From Prorocentrum cordatum (taxonomy: Eukaryota): a stretch of 64,000 bases of DNA. Of the stretch, positions 55,130-64,000 are shown in pieces. The stretch is from the NCBI GenBank assembly GCA_963575745.1, contig CAUYUJ010000336.1, positions 1 to 64,000 on the forward strand, read 5' to 3'. Within the stretch, counting starts at the first letter, position 1. Each line of letters opens with the position of its first letter. The notes under the pieces are model-generated. The model was not told the origin of the DNA and did no database searches. It saw only the letters and a program-made list of their open reading frames with translations. Made by a program: the position numbers and the translations under genes.

Positions 55130-56460
55130 CTGGAAATAACCGTCGCGGGGTCCAAGGGGCCCTCATCGGGCCCCCATGGGCCCATTTTGGCCCTCGAAGG
55201 CCTCCTCGGCGGGGGCCCCCATGGGCATCCTCTCTCCTTGCTCCTTGGAGGGCGTTTGGCTTTAAATTGGGCCCGCAAGAGGCCCCGAAGACGCCCAAGA
55301 TGGCCTCAAGACGGCCGACGACGCCGCCAAAACGCCCCAAGAAGGCCTCAAAAGGTTCCCAGAAATGGCCCCAGAAACACAATCATATATTCCCCGCCGT
55401 TGGTTTTTGAAGGATTTGTGCGTTCCCACATGTTCCGCTTCCCCGCGGTCCCGGACGCCGTGAGAGGCCCTTCAGATCGCTCCAAAACGGCCGAAAAAGG
55501 CTCCCAAAAGGGCCCCGAGACGGCCCATGAGGCTCCCCAGACAACCCAAGAGGGCCCCAAGAGCGCCCCAACAAGGCCCCAAGAGCAACCCAAGAGGGCC
55601 CCAAGAACGCGATATTTCAAGGTCTCCGTCGCGCGCGCGCGCCTTAGAGGCCCCCAGGCAGGCCCCGGAGGCCATCAAGAGGCTCCCAAAGAGCCCCGTG
55701 AGGCTCCCAAGAGGCCCCCGGAAGCCCCAATAGGCCCCCAAGGAGCCCCAGGGGAAGGCCCCAGCGGGCCTCCAAGGCCCCAGTGGGTCCCCAGATGCGC
55801 CCCCTGAGGCCCCCGAGACAGCCCAACAAATCATGTTCCTGGAGAGCTTCCCGGGAATATGATTTATCGGGTTGCCGCCCTCCGCTCAAACTATGTTCCC
55901 TCGCCTGCCAGGAAACACCCTCCGAGAGTCCCAAACAGCGCTAGCTGCCGCCACGCTCGCAAACGCGTGAGGCCCCGAAACCCCCGGAGGCCCCCAAAGA
56001 CGCCCCAACAAATCATGTTTCCAGGAAGCCTCCAGGGAACATGATTCCTCAGTCTTCCGCCCCCGGCCCCAACCATGTACCATGTGCCCCAAAATGTTTG
56101 CCGGGCAGCCCCCCAATGGGCCCTCATATACGCGCCCAGAGGCCCCCCAAGACAGCCCAACAAATCATGTTCCCAGAAAGCTTTCCGGGAACATGATTCC
56201 TCAGGCTTCCGCTCCCCGCCCACACCATCTGTCCCCCAAATGCCTGCCAAGCAGGACCAGAATGGGCCCTCAGGTCTGTTCCTAGAGGCCCCACAATATG
56301 GCCTAACAAATCATGTTCCCAGAAATCTTTCCCGGAACATGACTGCGCTAGCCGCCGCTCCCCGCCCAAACCATGATTCCTAAACGCCTGCCAGGAACCA
56401 CCCTCCGAGAGTCCCACGTACTGCTACCTGCCGCCACGCTCGGAAAAGCCTCTTCGGTGG
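55130..56460. repeat. CCCCAAGA-family repeat with four copies of the AAATCATGTT...AACATGATT hairpin
   Basis: Hairpin copies at about 55828, 56009, 56162 and 56308. The same motif occurs at 70, 888 and 1416. Confidence 0.8.
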
Positions 56461-56464
56461 CCCA

Positions 56465-56817
<353 letters not shown>

Positions 56818-57889
56818 CCTCGACGTCAGGGCCAATATCTGATATCAAAATATGGTATATACTGAAACCAAACTTGAGAGATCCGTCGCAGAGAGCCGAC
56901 TGTCTCGTGTTGCCCCGCTTGGGCCAGACTGCCAGGGTGCTGCTCGGAGGGGCCTCCTGCGCAGCGCATGCCTAGCAGCGTCGAAATGCTAGCTGAATAA
57001 TATTGGCCGCTTCGTCTTCGGCATTGAACTCGGGTGGGGTGGGGCATCCACCTCACGCAGCTCCTCTGCATGTGCTGGCACGGCAGGGGGGGGGGGGGGG
57101 AGGCACGACGGAGGAGGGCGGGATGTGACCGTGACCGTGCTGCTACTGGCAGGGAGGCTTTAGCCTCGAACAAAAATTGACACGGCGTGGACTCGCCTCC
57201 TCTGCGCTGTGGCCTGCGTTGTGGCGTGCAGGCTCGCTCTGGCAGAAAGACAGGCTCGCTCTGGCAAAAAGGCGGGTTCACTGCTCGAGCGTCTCTAGCC
57301 AGTGGCCTACCTCCTCCTCGGGCCAGCCCACTGGGGCCACGCCTCGGTGGTGGACCGCCTGGCCCTCCCACATGGGCGCGCCGATCACCAGCTTCTGCTT
57401 GGTGTCATCGTAGCGGTGCCCGAGCCCTTCGAGCCCTGGGAGGGGCCCAGTGGGAGTCGCCACGTCGCTCTCCGCTTGGCCGTCGTCCCCCTGTCCAGGG
57501 AGAGTAGGCGTAGAGGAAACATTAGCCACTCGGATCGCCCGCGTGGGCGCTACATATACTGCTGCTGGGCGCCGTGCTGCTTGTAGCCGTCGAAGTGGTC
57601 GATGTTTAGGTATGCTGCGTAGGTCGCTGCCCGCGATGTGTTCCACCGACTGGCAGTTGGACGCGCTTACATCATGGGTGTCCTCGATGGCGGGCGAGGG
57701 ACGGCATCTGGATGGCGCAGGGCGCGGCGGGGGAGCACTTGGAGTGGCCGAGCGCGTGGTAATCCGTTTCTGGCACGACCTGATGTTGCACTCGAAGGTG
57801 GGGTTTGTCTCGTCGTCGGTGTCCGTCCCGTCGTGCGTTGTCGCCGAGAGGAGGGAAGAGTTGCTCACGCTGGCCTCGGGGGGAGCCCA

Positions 57890-59810
57890 CTGATCCATCT
57901 TGACAACTCGGAGGGCCTCCTTGTCTTTGCTAATCTCGGCGTAGGCATCGTTGAAAGAAGACGCACGGTGGGCGCCCGTCTGGAGCCCAGCAGCAAGTAG
58001 GCCATAGTCCCAGCGGGTGTTGTTGCTCGTGATGTTGGCGCCGCTGACAGGCATCTTGATCTGCATAATCATGGGGATGTGGTCGGCAACATGTAGTAGG
58101 CTACTTAGCTTGGTGTGGGTCTTCCAATTCAGCTTCACGTGCTTCACGATTTCCATGAAGTTGTCGCGGCCGATGAAGTAGTTGATGCTTGATCTGGCTT
58201 TGTTGTGCCCGTAGTAGGTATTGCCGACGTCGATGTGCATGTTGATGGCTGTCAGCTGATGCGTCAGGAACTTGTCGTGAATCAAGCGTCCGAGCTCGGT
58301 CTCGTCGCTGGGTTGGTAGTTGCCGATTGCGTTGTCGGTGCGGCGCTGTCGTGATCGTCGTCCTGGCCCTTGGTTGAGGTCCGTGAACAGGATGGGCATG
58401 ACGCGAATAGGGATGTCGGCATGTGCCTGCGGTACCCAGCTCCATGGTCGGCGGCATCCTGCTTTCCAGTGTTGGTAATGAACTGCTCCGTTCGGCCGCG
58501 GTGGGGAATACGCAGCAGTGAGTCGAGAGCGGAGCTGGCCTCGATGAAGCTCGACGGCGCCCGCGCCCCGTAGGTCAGATTGCGGGGGGTGCCGTACCTT
58601 GTCGATGTCTATCTTGCGGCTTTGGCGCTTGGATACTGCGATGCTGCGACATACTGAGCTGCCCGTGTGTGCCCCGCGACCCCCTCCGAAATGGACCCAT
58701 GTATGATAGCGGCGGTCCTCGAAATGACGCGGGGCGTCGGTAGTGCACTGGCGGATCTTAATGCCTGCGTACATCATAGTCTGATGTGCACGGCATGTGT
58801 CGGAGATGTGGTCGAGATGCCCTGGGACATCCAGTAGTCCTTCGCGAGCTGGGTGTGGATGTAGTGGTCCAGGTGGCAAGTCACGTTCGGCGTGCAATTC
58901 TTCCACTGGTAGTAATTCAGGAGTCGCGTGGTGTGATCCTGCATTTGCTGGCCCTCTGTGTTCTGCCTCGATGTCCTCGGTCTCCGCTCGGTGCAGCCGG
59001 TTCCGAATGGCACCTTCCATGGAGCCGCCCACGTCACACTTGTGCAGTCCTTCCAAGATCGCCAGCGCGAAGGGGGGGCGCTGGCGACCCTATCTCCTGC
59101 AGGCGTTTCTTGTCCTCTGGGGTGTCGCTCTTCCTGAGGGGGGAGTCCAGGGTGTACTTGTAGCCTTCGGTCTCCTGCGTGATGGCTATGATCCCTGTGA
59201 GCTCTTTCCTCATCGTGTAGGTGCCCGTATTGCTGCTGCCATTCAGCCTGGTCTTGTGCGTCGTCTGAAGCAGCATGTGGCAAGTCACGTTCAGCGTGCA
59301 ATCGTTCCACTGGTGGCAATTCAGGGGCCGCGTGGTGCAGTTCTGCATGTGTTGGCCCTCTGTGTTCGTGAGGGTGTTGAAATTGAAGCTCAGCGTCCTG
59401 TAGTTCGGGGTCAGCGTGTCGTAGTCCTGTCTGTGCTGGCCCTCTGTGTTTGTGAAGATGTTGAACTTGAAGCTCAGCGTCCAGTCCTGCACGTACTGGC
59501 CCTCTGTGTTCGTGAGGATGTTGAATTTGAAGTTCAGCGTCCAGTCGTTCAGGGTCAGCGTGTTGTAATCCTGCATGTGCTGGCCCTCTATGTTCGTGAT
59601 GATGTTGGAGTTGATTTTCAGTGTCCAGTAGTCCTTCGCAATCAGGGTGGGGTAGTCCATCTGGCCAGTCACGTTCAGCGTGCAATTGTTCCACTTGTGG
59701 CAATTCATGGACCGCGTGGTGTGCCTGTGCTGGCCCTCTGTGTTCGTGATGATGTTGAAGTTGAAGCTCAGCGTCCAGTAGTTCAGGGTCAGCGTAGCGA
59801 GTCCTGCGCT
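57890..59810 (-). mobile_element. Decayed LINE-like fragment: internally repetitive upstream ORF plus AP-endonuclease remnant
   Basis: PILFTDLN...GNTYYG...SSINYFI...ADHIP (about 58400-58070) matches the GDxN, IDY and SDH motifs of AP endonucleases in degenerate form. The upstream frame 59034-59849 repeats WTLxFxFNIxTNTEGQH. Confidence 0.6.
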
Positions 59811-60600
59811 CAGCAGGTGCGCGGCGCCCGCGCTCCGGAGCACGGCCACGGCGGCGCGGCGGTGTGCGGGGCGTCGTCAAGCGGCCCCCTGCCTTGTGGG
59901 CATGGCAAGGGGGCGGTGACTGGAGGCCGCTGCTCCATCAATGGCCTGAGCGCGCGGCGGCCTTTGATAATGATGAAGATGATGAAGATGATGATGATGA
60001 TGGTGGACATGATGCTGATGATGATGGTGATGATGGTGATGGTGCTGGTGATGGTGATGGTGTTGATGGTGCGGACGACGATGGCGACGACCACGATGAT
60101 GATGCTAATGATAATGATTGTGCTGTTGATGATGAGGATGATGGTGCTGCTTCTGCTGATGATGATGATGATGATAATGGTGCTGATGCTGATGCTCATG
60201 CTGATTATGCTTCTGATGATGGTGTTGATGATGATGACGGCGGTGACATTGACGATGACGATGATGACGATGAGGATGAGCCCCCCAGGAAGTCCCAGGA
60301 GGCCCCCAAGGGTCCCCCAAGGGAAGCCATCATATGCCCCCTGAAAGACATCCCAACACATCATTTCCCCAAAAAGCTTTTTGGGAACATGATTTCTGAT
60401 GCTTCCACCCCCCAGACCACCGGGAGGACGAGGGCGACGACGAGGGCGAGGTCGAGGAAGAGGAAGGCAAGGAATAAGAGGATGAGGAGGCGGAGGAGGA
60501 GGGAGGCGACAGGCGCTGCCCGCCGCGCGCGCCGCGGCGCCCCCCGAGGGAAACGGGCGGGGAGACGGAATCGGACGGGAGGGAGGAAGAGGGAGAGGAG

Positions 60601-60633
<33 letters not shown>

Positions 60634-60732
60634 GGAGGAGGAGGAGGAGGAAAACGAGGAGGAGGAGGAGGGGGGGGAGGAGGAGGATGAGGGGGAGGAG
60701 GTGGAGGAGGAGGAGGAGGAGGAGGCTCCTTG

Positions 60733-60770
60733 GCCATTTTGGCTCAAGTCCGTAGCCATTTTGGCTCAAG
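60733..60770 (+). other. Tandem dinoflagellate spliced-leader copies
   Basis: GCCATTTTGGCTCAAG (60733-60748) is followed by a perfect TCCGTAGCCATTTTGGCTCAAG (60749-60770). Confidence 0.97.
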
Positions 60771-63740
60771 TATACCATTTCTCGAGGTGGCTTACAAAGA
60801 AAGCTAAGTGTTCTCGCGCTCATTCAATCCCTGGTTGCGCCTGGTGGCATGCAGTTCTCGTTTGGTGGAGGTTGGCGCCAAGGTGGCGCGCCCAGGTGCG
60901 ACAAGTCCAAGGTGCTGTGCCCTTCCTGCTGGTGTAAGAAGAACTCGTTCGGCACCTCCCATTGCTACCACTGCGCTGCTCCTCTCCCTGCTCTTGGCTT
61001 TTCTGGCCCGAGCCGTCCTGCTGGCGCGTGGTCCCAGTGCCCTCCAGGCGTCTTCCACGCATCCCAGCTCTCTGCTGGCGGCCTCATGCAGTCTGGCGGG
61101 GGGGGGGGGGGCAAGGGCCGGGTTGGCGGTTGGGGCGGGGGATGCATCGGCGGCAAGGGTGTGTCGGGTGGCGGCGGCGTGCGGGAGGGAGGTCCCGCAG
61201 GCGGTGGCTCGCAGAGCGTTGCCAAAGGGCGCTGGTCGTTGCGGGGGCACGCCACCACTGCCCTCGAGACCTGAACCCGCCATTTCAGCCGAGGAAGCAG
61301 AACAGCTCGCGGCCATGACGGCCAAGGCAGGGGGCTCCACGACGGCCCAGAGGTGCACAGATGATGCCAAGCACCCCAGGCTGCCCAGCGCGCCCCCGCA
61401 GAGCAGCCTCTGCACCATCTAGTCAATGTTGCTCGCGGCACGGTCAAGCGTCTGAGAAGAAGATGGAGGTCGACCTCGGTCGCGTTCTACGTCTACGTCG
61501 GGAATTGGCTGAACATGAAGACAAGCTTCGTGATGCTGGAGAGTCTTTGGTGCAGGCTTGGCGGAGTACAAGTCCCTGGTGGTCAAGCTCAACCAGGAGG
61601 CATCCAGCGGCCCCTCGGAGTCGTTCCAGCCCGTTCCTGTGTTCAAGCTCATCGCCCTCGCCGGCCTCGTCGAGGGCCAGGTGGATTTCCCCTCTCCCAT
61701 CTCGCGCGACCTCCTGGAGTTCAGCAATTCGTCTGATGATTGGGGACCCATCTCGGAGGACCAGCGAGACATTGGCAAGCGCAAGAAGGAGCTTACTTAC
61801 GGGGCCCAGTCACTGGCTCACAAGCTGTTCAAGCAAGTTGTGGATGGATCACGCTCGGACGCAGAAGCAAGCTCGCACTACTACCTCACGTGCGCGGGCA
61901 AGAGGAAGCGTCGCGCGGAGGCGGGTGCTGCTGCTGGAGGCGGGGTCGAGGTTCCAGGGGCTGCGGCGGCAGGTGACGGCGGCGAATTGGCGTCCGCAGG
62001 TGATTCGGGGTCCAGGGCAGCGGGCACTGAGCCTTCGGCGGCCGCTCCCAGCGATGAAAAGCCTGCGCAGGATGTGCGAGACAAAGTTGATGCAGCGTTG
62101 TCCTGCGCCCCCCCCCCCCCCCCCCCCTCTGCCCCCCCCCTCCCCTCTCGCGCGGGGAGGGGGGGGGGGGGCATCACCACATTGGCGCGGCTGTGCTGGG
62201 GTTTTCTCAGAGTCTGCGATTTCGTGCTTTGCGTTTTTTTGTTTGCGGATAGGCGGTCGAGCATGGACTCCCTGTCCAGGCTTGCTGGCATCCGTTTGTT
62301 CAAACGTCGGAGGGCTGAGTTTCCTGGTGGGGCCCTGTCTGGGTGCCAGGCTCACCCTGCCACAATGGCGCCGCAACAGTCAGGGCTTCCAGGCACGGCC
62401 CACGATGCCGCCCCCCCCCCCCCCCCCTCCATTCCACCCTCCCTACTGCTGCTCCGGCTGTTGAGCCGCCGGGAAGTTTCGAGCTTTTCTTCGAGGGGGT
62501 CTCGATCACTATGGCTAGCTGCAATGTTCGGGGCGCTCTGAAGGGGCACTTGGAGGCTTCAACTGCGATGGTCATTTTGGGCTCGGAGCTTCGGTTGATG
62601 GAGCTAGCTGGCTTCGGCGGGGCGTCAGCCTCGACTCGTGAGCTTGGTTGGAAGAGTGCATGGTGCCCTTGTATCTCTGGCCCTGGAGGAGGGGTCTGCT
62701 CTGGCACTATGTTTTTTGTCCGCGACGCGTGCGGCGGCTTCGAAGTCTCCCAGGCGGTGCTCTTCCTTGGCCGCGCTGTTGCCAGCATGGTTCACGCACT
62801 TGGTTGCGAGGCCTTCTGCGTCGTCTCGCTGTGTCTGGTCCGCACTGAAGGCTTGTCGGAGGGTAATCTTGAAATTGCGATGGAAGTTGGAGCGTTCTTG
62901 TCCTCCAATTGGTTTGAGTTTGTGGTTTGTGGGGACTGGAACCTCGCTCCCGAGGTCTTACAGGATTCGGATTTCGACAAGGAGCTCTCGTGCCAGATCG
63001 TAGCCCTTGGGATGGACACGTGTTTTCCCTCATCGCCCCCCCCCCGTTTTTGTTGTGCATCTACTGGTCTGCCCTAGGGGGACGAACGAGTCGAAGTGGA
63101 TGCGAAGGCCTCGACCTCGCCTCACTTTCCCGCCACCCTGAGCTTTTACCCATCCCTGTTGGACCTCAAGTCTCTCGCTTTCCGCGCCCCCCCCCCGCTC
63201 CCTGCGGGCCCCCCTCGGAATTGGAGCGCGGTGTTGGGGGGTGGCCCAGAAGGGCGCCGACGCTGTTTCTGGGTGGATTTTGAGAGAGCTGTTTTCGTGT
63301 TGGACTCAGGTTACAGGTTACAGCCTTTGGGCCAACACGGCGGAGTCTGAGTTGGGTTCTGTCATGGGCGTCGAGGCGCCAGGTGCAGGTGCGCGCGGCA
63401 AGAGGCCGCAGATGCACTGGCGGTCGGTGCCCGAGCCCTCTGGCCGCTTTGGGGACGCCAAGCAGCGCCCCATCTTCTGGCTGCGCTCGCAGATGCGCGC
63501 GCTGCAGTGTTACCTGAGCGACTGGGAGATCAGTTCGGCGTCTGTTTCCCTGGACCCTGGGCCTCCTGTTCGACAGGTCCTTCTCCGTCTCAGGTCCCCT
63601 GACCCCTCGGTCTCGCCCCATGTTGATGACGACTATCTCCCAGTCTTTCGCTGCCGCCAGCTTAGCTTTGCGCGGGTTGGCGCTCGGCCAGGATGGCCGT
63701 CATCTGTTCTTTTTGGAGTTAAGGGAGCTTATCGATGAGG
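60749..63740 (+). mobile_element. Decayed SL-headed LINE-like retrotransposon: ORF1 with C2-C2 finger, then AP-endonuclease remnant
   Basis: CPSCWCKKNSFGTSHCYHC followed by a Gly-rich tract (60849-61274). Helical ORF1 remnants to about 62100. Endonuclease-like SCNV...LGSELR...VVCGDWN (about 62510-63030). Multiple stops and frameshifts; no RT within the window. Confidence 0.7.
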
Positions 63741-64000
63741 TGAGGGATCTGTCTTCTAAGGCGCGTGCTGCTGCATAGCTTGGTCCGAGCCTCTTGGAAT
63801 GACTGGCTGGAAGTCGGTCTGGGCAACGCGGGCCGTAGGGTCCACGCCGCGTTGAGCGATCCCGAGCGTTGGTCCCCCATTACCACTCTGTCCTCCAGGG
63901 GTTCTGTCGTCGCGGATCCGAAGTCTTCATTGAAAGCTGAGGGGGTGAGTTTCATCGGATTGTTTTGTTTGGGGGGGTGGGGGTGGCGATGGGCCGCGGG

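Overview
GC-rich, microsatellite-laden eukaryotic DNA that is almost certainly dinoflagellate: it carries an exact 22-nt dinoflagellate spliced leader (TCCGTAGCCATTTTGGCTCAAG, 60749-60770), further SL relics, and apparent GA/GC intron donors. (1) The clearest element is a complete, young LTR retrotransposon with Copia domain order at 17055-26018. It has 186-bp LTRs differing at 2 positions, an ATGTC target-site duplication, a tRNA-Met-type PBS and a PPT. Its gag and pol share a frame and are separated by one UGA that sits in a hairpin loop. Its pol contains a cytosine-C5 methyltransferase-like domain between protease and integrase, plus an overprinted +1-frame ORF with a Cys/His motif. (2) A gene cluster at about 26.1-51 kb holds a multi-exon transposase-like/PHD-finger gene, an array of about 42 copies of a 42-bp palindromic repeat, an intronless stand-alone C5 methyltransferase and a multi-exon gene with a ParB-like N-terminus. 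It may be a large cargo-carrying DNA element, but I could not identify its termini. (3) Three decayed LINE-like fragments are present, two of them headed by spliced-leader copies. (4) The rest is a WD40/transmembrane pseudogene fragment, satellites and simple repeats. Most ORFs in the supplied track are artefacts of simple repeats. All domain calls are motif recognition by eye; no searches were run.
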